Assembly: GCA_963812135.1 (NCBI GenBank)
Contig: CAWETU010000001.1
Coordinates: 1,440,001 to 1,504,000 of the forward strand
From: Vulcanimicrobiota bacterium
Lineage (GTDB): Bacteria; Vulcanimicrobiota; Vulcanimicrobiia; Eremiobacterales; Eremiobacteraceae
Reading direction: 5' to 3'
Length of the DNA: 64,000 nucleotides
A program made the position numbers and the translations under genes. Under the pieces are notes generated by a model that made no database searches, was not told the origin of the DNA, and worked only from the letters and a program-made list of their open reading frames with translations. Below, in pieces: positions 51,632 to 60,607 of the stretch (its first letter is position 1; each line of letters starts with the position of its first letter).

Positions 51632-51723
51632 GCGATACGCGGATTTCGGGCGCGCGCCACGCTTCGCCTGGGAGGCAACTGTGACCGGCCTGGGCGGCTC
51701 TCCGGCATGGCTGCATACAGCGC

Positions 51724-51752
51724 CTAGCGAAGCCCTCGCGTCCTGCCGATAC
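51724..51752 (+). promoter_or_regulatory. Possible sigma28-type promoter upstream of pilT (good -10, weak -35)
   Basis: GCCGATAC at 51745-51752. Confidence 0.45.
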
Positions 51753-51819
51753 TCATATCAAAGGGCAGGGCCATGGCCTTGTTCGGCTGTGGCTTCACGC
51801 CGAAGCGGTGGATGAATAA

Positions 51820-52908
51820 ATGGCTGCCAATGTAAGCGATCTCCTTGGACTCCGGATGGACGAGCTGATGCGCGTGACGATCGAACGCGGCGCATCGGAC
51901 TTGCATCTGTCCGTCGGCTTACCGCCGACGCTGCGAATCGACGGCCGGCTTGCGCCGACCGAGTTTCCCAAGCTCAGTCCCGAGGACACCAAGCGACTCG
52001 TCTACAGCATTTTGACCGACGCTCAGAAGGAACGCTTCGAGAAGAATCTCGAGCTCGATTTCTCGCACGGTCTCAAAGGCTTCGGACGGTTCCGCGTCAA
52101 CGCGTTCAAGCAGCGCGGCGTCATCGGCGCCGCGTTCCGCGCCATCCCGTCGACCGTCCCACCGCTGTCGACCCTCAACCTGCCGACCGTGATGGCGGAC
52201 CTGACGATGCGGCCGCAAGGCCTCGTGCTCGTCACCGGCCCGACCGGCTCCGGCAAGTCGACCGCCCTGGCGTCGATGCTCGACGTCATCAACGCGAGCA
52301 TGGCCCGCCACATCATGACGATGGAAGACCCGATCGAGTATCTGCACTTCCATAAGATGTCGATCGTCAACCAGCGCGAGGTCGGGCAGGACACGCATTC
52401 GTTCCCGAACGCGTTGCGCGCCGCGCTCCGCGAAGACCCGGACGTCGTGCTCGTCGGCGAAATGCGCGACATGGAGACCATCGCGGTGACGTTGACCATC
52501 GCCGAAACCGGTCACCTCGTGTTCGCGACCCTGCACACCTCCGATGCCGCGCAGACGATGGACCGCATCATCGACGTGTTCCCGGCGCACCAGCAGCAGC
52601 AGATCCGCGTGCAGCTCGCCTCGGTCATCGAAGCCGTCGTGTGCTTGCGCCTGCTGCCCCATGCCTCCGGCGTCGGGCGCGTGCCCGCCGCTGAAGTCAT
52701 GGTCGCCACGCCGGCGATCCGCAATCTGATCCGCGAGAACAAGACGCACCAGATCCACAACTCGATCGTCACCAGCCGCGGCATGCACATGCAGACCTTC
52801 GATATGTCGCTGCGCGATCTGGTACGCAAGCACATGATCACCGCCGAGGAGGCGTTCAACGCATCGATGCACCCCGAAGAGCTGCGCAAGCTCATCGAGG
52901 GCGTCTGA
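51820..52908 (+). CDS. pilT: Type IV pilus retraction ATPase
   Basis: ASDLHL, GPTGSGKST, EDPIEY, ALREDPD, GHLVFATLHT, AIRNLIRE. Confidence 0.96.
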   Translation: MAANVSDLLGLRMDELMRVTIERGASDLHLSVGLPPTLRIDGRLAPTEFPKLSPEDTKRLVYSILTDAQKERFEKNLELDFSHGLKGFGRFRVNAFKQRGVIGAAFRAIPSTVPPLSTLNLPTVMADLTMRPQGLVLVTGPTGSGKSTALASMLDVINASMARHIMTMEDPIEYLHFHKMSIVNQREVGQDTHSFPNALRAALREDPDVVLVGEMRDMETIAVTLTIAETGHLVFATLHTSDAAQTMDRIIDVFPAHQQQQIRVQLASVIEAVVCLRLLPHASGVGRVPAAEVMVATPAIRNLIRENKTHQIHNSIVTSRGMHMQTFDMSLRDLVRKHMITAEEAFNASMHPEELRKLIEGV

Positions 52909-52930
52909 CCGGAAAGGGGGAGATCGCGCC

Positions 52931-53002
52931 ATGCAAACATCGCTCTTGTGGCTCTTGATCTTGCTAGTCATCCTGGTCGTCGGCCAGGCCATTAAACTAT
53001 AA
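52931..53002 (+). CDS. 23-aa hydrophobic microprotein MQTSLLWLLILLVILVVGQAIKL
   Basis: GGAAAGGGGGAG ribosome-binding site, ATG...TAA, single TM-like segment; below the ORF track size cutoff. Confidence 0.55.
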   Translation: MQTSLLWLLILLVILVVGQAIKL

Positions 53003-53059
53003 TCCCGGGCCCGGCCGCTCAAAGAGGCCGGGACCACGCCTTCCGCAGGGAAAGGGTCC

Positions 53060-54286
53060 ATGCCAAGCTTCGCATACCAAGCCAAAGACTCGACCGGGAA
53101 ATCCGTGAACGGCGTCATCGAGGCGGAAAACGAGCGCGTCTTACGCGCCAAGCTCCGCGAGATGAACTATTACGTCACCGGCATCACGCAGAAACAGACC
53201 ACCGGTCTCAACGCGGACATCGGTCAGGTCTTCCAACGTCTTCGAGGAGTCAACGAACAAGCGCTCGTCGTGTTCGCGCGCCAGTTCGCGACGATGATCA
53301 ACGCCGGCTTGGCGATGGTGCGATGCCTCGACGTCCTGAGCGTGCAGACCGAAGACGCCATCCTCAAGACGGTCATCACGGCGGTGCGCCGCGAAGTCGA
53401 AGGCGGCTCGACCCTGGCCGCCGCGCTCGGCAAGTTCCCCAAAGTGTTCTCCCCGCTGTTCGTCAACATGGTGCGCGCGGGCGAGCTCGGCGGTATCTTG
53501 GACGACGTCCTCAACCGCCTCGCGACGTTCCTCGAAAAAGACTTCAACCTGAAGAAGAAGGTCAAATCGGCGATGACGTACCCGGCGGTCATCCTCGTCA
53601 TGGCCGTCCTCATCGTGCTGTTCCTCGTCGTCTTCATCATGCCGACCTTCGTCGAGCTGTTCAACGGCATGCACATGACGCTGCCGGTACCGACGAAGAT
53701 CCTGATCGCGTTCACGAACGGCGCGCGCAACCCGTACGTCGTCATCCCGACGATCGTGATCGCCATCGTCGCGTTCATCCTGTTCAATCGCTACACGAGC
53801 ACGCAGGTGGGGCGACGGCAGTACGACGCCTTCAAACTGAAGCTGCCCGTGTTCGGCATGCTGATCCGCAAGGTGGCGATCTCGCGCTTCTGCCGCACGC
53901 TCGGCACCCTGCTGCAGTCAGGCGTCCCGATCATGCAGGCGCTTGAGATCGTCGGCAAGGCGTCCGGTAACGAAGTGGTCGCCGAGACGGTCAATAAGGT
54001 GAGGGAGTCCGTCCGTGAGGGTGAGTCGATCGCAGTGCCGTTGCAGCTCTCCGGGCTCTTCCCACCCTTGGTGACCCAGATGGTGGCGGTCGGCGAGGAA
54101 ACTGGTAACTTGGACGGCATGCTTTCGAAGATCTCGGATTTCTACGACACCGAAGTCGAATACATGCTCGCCTCGCTCACCTCGCTGCTCGAGCCGCTGC
54201 TCATCCTGTTCATGGGTTTCATCGTGGGCTTCATCGTGATCTCGGTGTTCCTGCCGTTGTACCAGATCATCGGGAACATCAAATAA
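53060..54286 (+). CDS. pilC: Type IV pilus platform protein (T2SS F family)
   Basis: FARQFATMINAG, MVRAGELGGILD, SAMTYP, VGEETGNLD. Confidence 0.96.
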   Translation: MPSFAYQAKDSTGKSVNGVIEAENERVLRAKLREMNYYVTGITQKQTTGLNADIGQVFQRLRGVNEQALVVFARQFATMINAGLAMVRCLDVLSVQTEDAILKTVITAVRREVEGGSTLAAALGKFPKVFSPLFVNMVRAGELGGILDDVLNRLATFLEKDFNLKKKVKSAMTYPAVILVMAVLIVLFLVVFIMPTFVELFNGMHMTLPVPTKILIAFTNGARNPYVVIPTIVIAIVAFILFNRYTSTQVGRRQYDAFKLKLPVFGMLIRKVAISRFCRTLGTLLQSGVPIMQALEIVGKASGNEVVAETVNKVRESVREGESIAVPLQLSGLFPPLVTQMVAVGEETGNLDGMLSKISDFYDTEVEYMLASLTSLLEPLLILFMGFIVGFIVISVFLPLYQIIGNIK

Positions 54287-54287
54287 C

Positions 54288-55043
54288 GTGGGAGCAATGG
54301 TGGCGGCGTCGCTGAGACTTGCAACGAATCCCGAGTTCGTCCAGTACCGGCAAAGCCGGTCGCTGGAGCAGCGCGATGCCCTCGTCGTGCGCCACATGCC
54401 GCTCGTCAAACGGGTCGCCGCGCACTACGCGCGCGATCCCGGCACGCGCGACGATCTCATCCAAGTCGGCTACGTCGGGCTCATCAAAGCCGTCGAGAAC
54501 TTCGATCCCAGCATGGGCGTGCCGTTCGAGGCGTACGCGCGTCCGATGATCGCCGGCGAGATCACGCATTACTTGCGCGATCAGGCGCCGGTCATCAAGC
54601 CGCCGCGCTGGTATCAAGGGCTCAGCGTCAGACTGCACGAGACGCGCGAGCGGCTCATGGCGACGCTGCAGCGCGAGCCGACCGTCGACGAACTCGCCGA
54701 CGGCATGAACATGACGCCCGAGGGCGTGCAAGAGATCCTCAAGCTGCGCGCCTCGTATAACCTGATGTCGCTGACGTCCAACGCCGAATCAGCCGAGACG
54801 CACGTGCGGATCGACGCGATCCGCAGCCGCCGTCACATGAACTTCCAACTGCCGATCGAGGACCGCGTCACGCTCGATATGGCGATCGAGCAGCTCGCCG
54901 ATTTCGAGAAGCGCGTGGTCCATCTGTTCTTCTTCATGGACCTGACGCAAACGGAGATCGCGACGCGTCTTGGCTCGACGCAGCGGCAGATTTCCCGCGT
55001 GCTTGCCAAGACTCTGGAGAAGATGCGCTCGCGTCTCGTCTAG
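54288..55043 (+). CDS. Group 3 RNA polymerase sigma factor, SigB/SigF/SigG-like
   Basis: DLIQVGYVGLIKAVENFDP, IAGEITHYLRD, REPTVDELA, LTQTEIATRLGSTQRQISR. Confidence 0.92.
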   Translation: MGAMVAASLRLATNPEFVQYRQSRSLEQRDALVVRHMPLVKRVAAHYARDPGTRDDLIQVGYVGLIKAVENFDPSMGVPFEAYARPMIAGEITHYLRDQAPVIKPPRWYQGLSVRLHETRERLMATLQREPTVDELADGMNMTPEGVQEILKLRASYNLMSLTSNAESAETHVRIDAIRSRRHMNFQLPIEDRVTLDMAIEQLADFEKRVVHLFFFMDLTQTEIATRLGSTQRQISRVLAKTLEKMRSRLV

Positions 55044-55048
55044 CGGGA

Positions 55049-55064
55049 TGTGAGCTAGATCACT
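55049..55064. promoter_or_regulatory. CRP-binding site upstream of the first pilin gene
   Basis: TGTGA-GCTAGA-TCACT, a 9/10 match to TGTGA-N6-TCACA. Confidence 0.7.
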
Positions 55065-55247
55065 CTTTGACTTAAGTCGACTTCGGCACAACGACGGGTT
55101 GTCTGCGCTCACACCAATCGGGGCATTAACCGATAGGAATAACACTCCGGCGCGCACGCAGCATTGGAACCTGGCTTGTGCGGCGCGCGATCGTCTAGGA
55201 CCGGCGATCATCGGATTACTTTCAGCTTGATGGAAGGACCATTTCAC

Positions 55248-55714
55248 GTGAACAGACTTCAGAAGGGATTCACGCTGATCGAGCTGATGATCGTTATCGC
55301 GATCATCGCGATCCTTGCGGCAATTCTCATCCCCAACTTCCTGCACGCGCGTGCACAATCGCAATCGGCGTCTTGCCAAGGTAACGAGAAGCAGCTCGCG
55401 ACCGCGCTCGAAGAGTACGCAGTGGATCACAACGGCACGTATCCGGCGACCTTCGCGGCTCTCATCACGCCCGGCCGGCGCCCATCCCGGCCGGCACGTA
55501 TCTCCAGGTGCTCCCGCCGGATCCGGCGGGCGGCATGCCTATACCCTGGCCGTGCCGGCAGTGGCACCGTGCACCGCACGTAGCGGCCAACTCGTACCTC
55601 ATCACCGACGGCGGTAACCACGACACGACGACGATCACCAGCATGCCCCTCTACGCGGCAGGCGATCTCCATATCGTCTACTGCTCCGGTTCGGGCCTAG
55701 CAGCGCAACCGTAA
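55248..55714 (+). CDS. Type IV pilin 1 (likely major pilin); apparent frameshifts at ~55470-55580
   Basis: KG|FTLIELMIVIAIIAILAAILIP class III signal; GGAAGGA ribosome-binding site; Cys residues; followed by a terminator. Confidence 0.88.
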
Positions 55715-55740
55715 ACCCTACTAAGTGCATCGGCGGAAAT

Positions 55741-55779
55741 AGGCGAGGCGAGCCACACAGCACGCCTCGCCTTTTCTCT
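55741..55779 (+). terminator. Intrinsic terminator after pilin 1
   Basis: AGGCGAGGCG...CGCCTCGCCT stem followed by TTTCTCT. Confidence 0.7.
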
Positions 55780-55815
55780 GCCGCCTCACGACGTGAGCAG
55801 ATTGAGAGAGTTTCC

Positions 55816-56275
55816 GTGAGAGACCCGCACCGCACTCGGGGCTTCACGCTCATCGAATTGATGATCGTCATCGCGATCATCGCGATCCTCGCCGCGATCC
55901 TGGTCCCAAACTACTTGCATGCAAGAGCCGAAGCGCAGACGTACAGCTGCGAAGGCAACTTGCGGCAGCTGGCGACCGCGCTTGAAGAATATGCCACTGA
56001 CAACCGCGGCCAATACCCCGCCAATATCGCGGCGCTGCAGGCCGCCGGCGCCGGCGCGTATCTGCAAAACGTGCCGGTCGACCCGGGGGGCGGCAACTAC
56101 ACGCTGACCAATACCGCTGTCGCACCCTGCGCCAACCCGGGCGGCGGGCCGACCTACACCGATCTCGGACGGCGACCAACACGACCCGTCGACAGGCACC
56201 CGATTACCCGGTTATGCGGTCGGCAACAGAGGCATTGACTACTGCGCCAACTCGGGGCTGATATCGGTTCCTTAG
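55816..56275 (+). CDS. Type IV pilin 2 (paralog of pilin 1); apparent frameshift near 56160
   Basis: RG|FTLIELMIVIAIIAILAAILVP; the shifted-frame tail DGDQHD...YCANSGLISVP* parallels pilin 1 DGGNHD...YCSGSGLAAQP*. Confidence 0.85.
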
Positions 56276-56328
56276 CTTTCGACGCCACCGCCGCGTACGT
56301 CATACCGTTTGCCGCGCTCCTCGGCGCG

Positions 56329-57051
56329 GTGTTCGGCTCGTTTCTCAACGTCGTCATCTATCGATTGCCCCGCGGCGAGTCGCTCTGGTTCCCCGGATCG
56401 CAATGCGGCGCGTGCGGACACGCGCTCCGCGCGCTCGACAACGTCCCCGTCGTGAGCTGGCTCGCGCTGCGCGGCCGCTGCCGCTATTGCAACGCACCCA
56501 TCGCAGCGCGCTATCCGCTGGTGGAGATCCTCACCGCCGCAATCTTCGTGCTCGCGGTTCTCGAGTTCGGCATTTCGCTGCAAACGCTCGCCGCTTGCGT
56601 GCTCGGCGGCCTGCTGATCGTCATCGCGTTCGTGGATCTGGACCATCTGCTCGTCCTCGACGCGACGACCGCCGCCGGTGCGGTCATCGGCATCGGCATC
56701 GCGCTGGCGACGCACCGGATCGTCGACGCGCTCGAGGGTGCCGCGGCCGCAGCCGCGATCTTCGGCCTCATCTACGCGCTGACGCGCGGGGCCGGCATGG
56801 GTTTTGGCGACGTCAAGCTTGCCGCGATGATCGGCCTGTTCGTCGGTTTTCCGAGCGCGATCTGGGCCTCGGCAGCGGCGTTCATCATCGGAGCGGCGCT
56901 CGCGATCCCAGTGCTGCTCGCGCGCCGGCGGGGCCGCCGGGACGCACTCCCGTTCGGGCCGTTTTTGGTGATAGCGGCCATAGTCGCGACCTTCGCGCCG
57001 GCCGTCTTCAGCGGCCCCTACGACGCGTATCGCGCCCTCTTGAACAACTAG
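56329..57051 (+). CDS. pilD: Prepilin peptidase/N-methyltransferase
   Basis: GSFLNVVIYRLP, two CxxC, RYPLVE, GMGFGDVKL, PFGPFL. The true start may be ~60 nt upstream. Confidence 0.95.
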   Translation: MFGSFLNVVIYRLPRGESLWFPGSQCGACGHALRALDNVPVVSWLALRGRCRYCNAPIAARYPLVEILTAAIFVLAVLEFGISLQTLAACVLGGLLIVIAFVDLDHLLVLDATTAAGAVIGIGIALATHRIVDALEGAAAAAAIFGLIYALTRGAGMGFGDVKLAAMIGLFVGFPSAIWASAAAFIIGAALAIPVLLARRRGRRDALPFGPFLVIAAIVATFAPAVFSGPYDAYRALLNN

Positions 57052-57055
57052 CCCC

Positions 57056-57082
57056 TCAAGCGCCCGCGTCAGCTGCCGATAT
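57056..57082 (+). promoter_or_regulatory. sigma28 (FliA/SigD/WhiG)-type promoter upstream of crp
   Basis: TCAAG-N14-GCCGATAT. Confidence 0.65.
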
Positions 57083-57103
57083 TGTCAGAGAGGCGATAGA
57101 GAC

Positions 57104-57805
57104 GTGCAACGAACGACGGATAAACCACTCGACGCAGCGCTCCTGAAAAAGGTGCCGCTGTTCGCTGAATTTTCCGACGACGATCGCGCGACGGTGGCCG
57201 CGCTGATGATCGGCCGCCATTATCCCAAACACGCCGTGCTCGTCTACGAGGGCGACCCCGGCGACGCGCTGTTCATCGTCGTCAACGGCAACGTCGCGGT
57301 GACGCGCGTCAGCAACGACGGCAAAGAGACGATCCTCACCATCTTGCGCGAGGGCGATTTCTTCGGCGAGATGGGCGTGCTCGACGGATCGCCGCGCTCC
57401 GCCACGATCAAGTCGTTGCGCGACGTCGACGTCGCCATCTTGCCGCGTAAAGACTTCCTCGATCTGCTCGCCAAGAGCCCAGCGATGAGCCTTTCCCTGG
57501 TGCTGGCGCTGTCATCGCGCCTGCGCGAGACGAACCAAGCCATCCAGGCGGCGGCATATCAAGACATCAGAACGCGATTGGCGTCACTGTTGATCCATCT
57601 CTCCAAGAATTTCGGCGAGGCCGCCGAGAACGGCACGCGCCTCACCCTGCGCCTGACCAATCAAGAGATGGCCAACATGATCGGCACGACGCGCGAGACG
57701 GTCAACCGCATGTTGAACCGCTTTTGGGATGAGAAGCTCATCGACATGCGCACCGCCAACATCGTCATCACCGATATGGCCAAGCTTAAGACCATCGTGA
57801 CCTAA
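57104..57805 (+). CDS. Crp/Fnr family regulator, cAMP-receptor type
   Basis: cNMP pocket FFGEMG...PRSAT; recognition helix GTTRETVNR resembles CRP RETVGR. Confidence 0.93.
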   Translation: MQRTTDKPLDAALLKKVPLFAEFSDDDRATVAALMIGRHYPKHAVLVYEGDPGDALFIVVNGNVAVTRVSNDGKETILTILREGDFFGEMGVLDGSPRSATIKSLRDVDVAILPRKDFLDLLAKSPAMSLSLVLALSSRLRETNQAIQAAAYQDIRTRLASLLIHLSKNFGEAAENGTRLTLRLTNQEMANMIGTTRETVNRMLNRFWDEKLIDMRTANIVITDMAKLKTIVT

Positions 57806-57818
57806 CGAACGGCCGAGG

Positions 57819-57843
57819 CGGTCGAATAAATTCGACCGCGACA
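57819..57843 (-). repeat. REP-like palindrome downstream of crp
   Basis: CGGTCGAATAAATTCGACCGCGACA. Confidence 0.8.
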
Positions 57844-57857
57844 CCAGCGAAGTAGAA

Positions 57858-57887
57858 GGCGTCCCCCAAAAGGGGACGTCTTGCTTT
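57858..57887 (+). terminator. Hairpin after crp (terminator or operator)
   Basis: GGCGTCCCC-CAAAA-GGGGACGTC followed by TTGCTTT. Confidence 0.5.
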
Positions 57888-57914
57888 GCGGGAGGCATGG
57901 GGCGAATGAATGTT

Positions 57915-57942
57915 CTAAACACCCGTCCCGGTTTGCCGATGA
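57915..57942 (+). promoter_or_regulatory. sigma28-type promoter upstream of pilMNOPQ
   Basis: cTAAA-N15-GCCGATGA. Confidence 0.7.
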
Positions 57943-58020
57943 AAAGACCGTAAGGCGTTTTTCCCGGACGGCCTTGCACATTGTCGGCTCGGCATTTCGT
58001 GGGGATTGGATAGGACGGCC

Positions 58021-59133
58021 ATGTCGTTCCTCAGTCGGTTGTTCTCTCGCGGCGGAAGTCACCATATCGGTGTCGATTTCGGCTCGTCCGAGATCAAGGC
58101 GGTCCAGTTCGGCCAATCGGCACGCGGACCGGTCCTCGAGCACGTGTATCGCACGCCGACGCCGGTCAATTCCATCAAGGACGGCGTCGTCGTCGATCCG
58201 CCTGCGGTCGGTGACGCGTTGCGCCAGATGATCACGGATGGCGCGTTCACCGCGCGTCGCGTCGTCACGTCGGTCACCGGACCAACCGTCGTCGTGCGTC
58301 AAGTGACGATGCCGGTGATGAGCGAACGCGAGCTGCTTGAGTCGACGAAATACGAAGCCGAACGTTTCCTGCCATATTCGGTCGAAGAAGCGCAGATGGA
58401 CGCGAAGATCCTCGGGCGCTCGGAAGACGGCCAGAACATGGACGTCTTGATCGTCGCGGCGCAAAAAGAACTGGTCTTGTCGCAGCTGTCCGCGCTGCAG
58501 TCAGCCGGACTGCAGGCGTCGATCGTCGAGATCGAGCCGTTCGCAATGGTGCGCGCGATGCTCTCACCCGACGACCCCTCGTTCGAACAGAACATCGCGA
58601 TCATCAACATCGGCGCGTCGTCGACGAGCATCAACGTGACCAAGGGCGGATTCGTGCCGTTCACGCGCTACGTGCCGATCGGCGGCGACGCGATGACCAA
58701 AGCCATCGCCGGCGGCATGAACATCTCGCCGGACGAAGCGGAGAAGATGAAGCGCGAGAAAGCGGCGATCATCACGCAGGGTTCGACCGAGCCGGTGGCG
58801 CCCACGGTCACCCGTCTGTTCAACATCATCACCCCGCCGCTCACCGAACTCGTCTCCGAGATCCACAAATCGCTCGACTACTTCCGCACGCGGTTCCGCG
58901 GCGAAGTCATCGAGTCGGTGATCCTGGGCGGCGGTTCGGCGCGCCTGGCCAACATCGACTCGTTCCTCGGCCAAGAATTGGGCCTGCCGGTCAGCATCGC
59001 CGATCCGCTGGAACGCGCCGCGTACAACGCGGTGGACTTCCCGGCGGAGTATCTGCGCGACATGGGACCGTCGTTGATCGTCGCTGCGGGTCTTGGCCGG
59101 CGCGACATCGCCGAAGCAGGGCGGGCCGCATGA
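58021..59133 (+). CDS. pilM: Type IV pilus assembly protein PilM
   Basis: IGVDFGSSEIKAV, EAERFLPY, NIGASST, ILGGGSARL. Confidence 0.95.
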   Translation: MSFLSRLFSRGGSHHIGVDFGSSEIKAVQFGQSARGPVLEHVYRTPTPVNSIKDGVVVDPPAVGDALRQMITDGAFTARRVVTSVTGPTVVVRQVTMPVMSERELLESTKYEAERFLPYSVEEAQMDAKILGRSEDGQNMDVLIVAAQKELVLSQLSALQSAGLQASIVEIEPFAMVRAMLSPDDPSFEQNIAIINIGASSTSINVTKGGFVPFTRYVPIGGDAMTKAIAGGMNISPDEAEKMKREKAAIITQGSTEPVAPTVTRLFNIITPPLTELVSEIHKSLDYFRTRFRGEVIESVILGGGSARLANIDSFLGQELGLPVSIADPLERAAYNAVDFPAEYLRDMGPSLIVAAGLGRRDIAEAGRAA

Positions 59134-59164
59134 CGGCATCGCGCATGAGCAAAGGGTGGCGTTC

Positions 59165-59743
59165 GTGCTGAACATCAACTTACTCCCATCATCGCAACGG
59201 CCGACGGTCGTCATCTTCGATCGCACACTGGCGATCGGCCTGACGCTCATCGCGGTCGAGCTGCTCGCGCTGGCGGCGTTCACGTTCTACGAGAACCGTG
59301 TCATCACGGACCTGAACAATCAGTACGCTGATCTGGTGCAGCGGGTGACCGCCGAACAGCTGGCGGTCAAAGAAGTTGACGACCTGCGCGACCAGGCTGC
59401 AGCGCTGCAGCAGAAAGCCGAGCTGCTCGAGCGCATCAAAGAGAGCCCTCTGCAGCTCGCGGAGATCTTGCGCGATCTGCGCAACCAGGATCCGCGCGGG
59501 GTTTGGTACACAAGCGTCTCGGTCAATCACGTGTCGTCTGGCGGGTCGGTGGCCATCCAGGGCAAGACCTCGAACTATCGCGACGTCGCGGACCTCATGC
59601 TCAACCTGGACAGCTCGCGCGTGTTCGGCGACGCCACGCTGCAGAGCGCGACGCAACAGCTGGACAACGGCCAGACGAAACCGGGCGGCATCACGTTCAC
59701 CATGAACGGCGGGCTGAGCCCCGCGGTGGTGGGCCAGCAATGA
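59165..59743 (+). CDS. pilN: PilN-like protein
   Basis: NINLLP motif, TM segment, coiled coil, PRGVWYTS. Start could be GTG 59156 or 59165. Confidence 0.88.
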   Translation: MLNINLLPSSQRPTVVIFDRTLAIGLTLIAVELLALAAFTFYENRVITDLNNQYADLVQRVTAEQLAVKEVDDLRDQAAALQQKAELLERIKESPLQLAEILRDLRNQDPRGVWYTSVSVNHVSSGGSVAIQGKTSNYRDVADLMLNLDSSRVFGDATLQSATQQLDNGQTKPGGITFTMNGGLSPAVVGQQ

Positions 59744-60607
59744 ACATCCAGCTCAGCACCTTCAACAGAGTCCTCATCGTCAGCGGGCTGTTCCTCGTGA
59801 TCGCTCTGATCGGATTCTTCTTCATCGTGCAGCCGAAGAAGAACCAAGAGACCCAAACGCGGGCGCAGATCGCCGATCTGCAGACGCAATACGACGGCCT
59901 CAAACGAGTGGCGGATCAAAAGCCGCTGTACCTCGCGTTCACCGATCAGATCCGGCAGCGGCTCAAAGGCGTCGAAGTCACCGCCGATCCGCGTCTGTAC
60001 GTGCCATCATACTTGAAACAGATCGAAGACCTCGCGACGCGCGACGGGTTGACGGTCACCGGGGTCACGCCCCAAGCGACGCCGATCCCTTCGCCAGGCC
60101 CCAGCGGATCGCCGCCGCCGGAGGTGCAGCGTCCGAATATCCCCGGCCCGATCGGCCAGGCCGCGAACACGCTGGCTGCGGGCGTCGGCGGCACGACGCG
60201 CGTTGCCGCAAAACCCGGTCGCCGGCGCTGCCGGCCCGCCACGGCCCGGCGCGACGCCCGTCCCAGGCGGGTCGACCAACGTCAACGCCGCCGCCGAAAC
60301 GAACCCGGCGCGCGCGGCCGCGATCGCGTACCTGAACCAGTCGTTCACCCAGGTGCCGCTCGGGATGGACTTCGATGGGCGCTATGACGCCCTCGAACGG
60401 TTCTTACGCGACCTATCAAAATTCCAAAAACTCATCGGCGTCGGCGACATCACGTTGACACCTGGGGGCAGCGCCAATGACGTCGGCGTCAGCCCGCACC
60501 TGAAGATCACCCTGCCGATTGTGGCGTACAGACTCAGTCCGAATGCTGCTCCAGCCGGTCCGCTCGTGTTGCCTTCGCCAACGCCAAAACCGGGGGCTAA
60601 GAGATGA
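59740..60607 (+). CDS. pilO: PilO-like protein with Pro-rich insert; apparent frameshift at ~60200-60240
   Basis: TM plus coiled coil, VPSYLKQIEDLA...GL; C-terminal FDGRYDALERFLRDL lies in the second frame. Confidence 0.82.

Noticed and set aside
57875..57940. Minus-strand GGCAAACC...CGCAAAGC resembling a c-di-GMP-I riboswitch
   Set aside because: It is antisense to pilM, the spacing is far too long and there is no GNRA-capped P2. The plus-strand sigma28 motif explains the sequence better.
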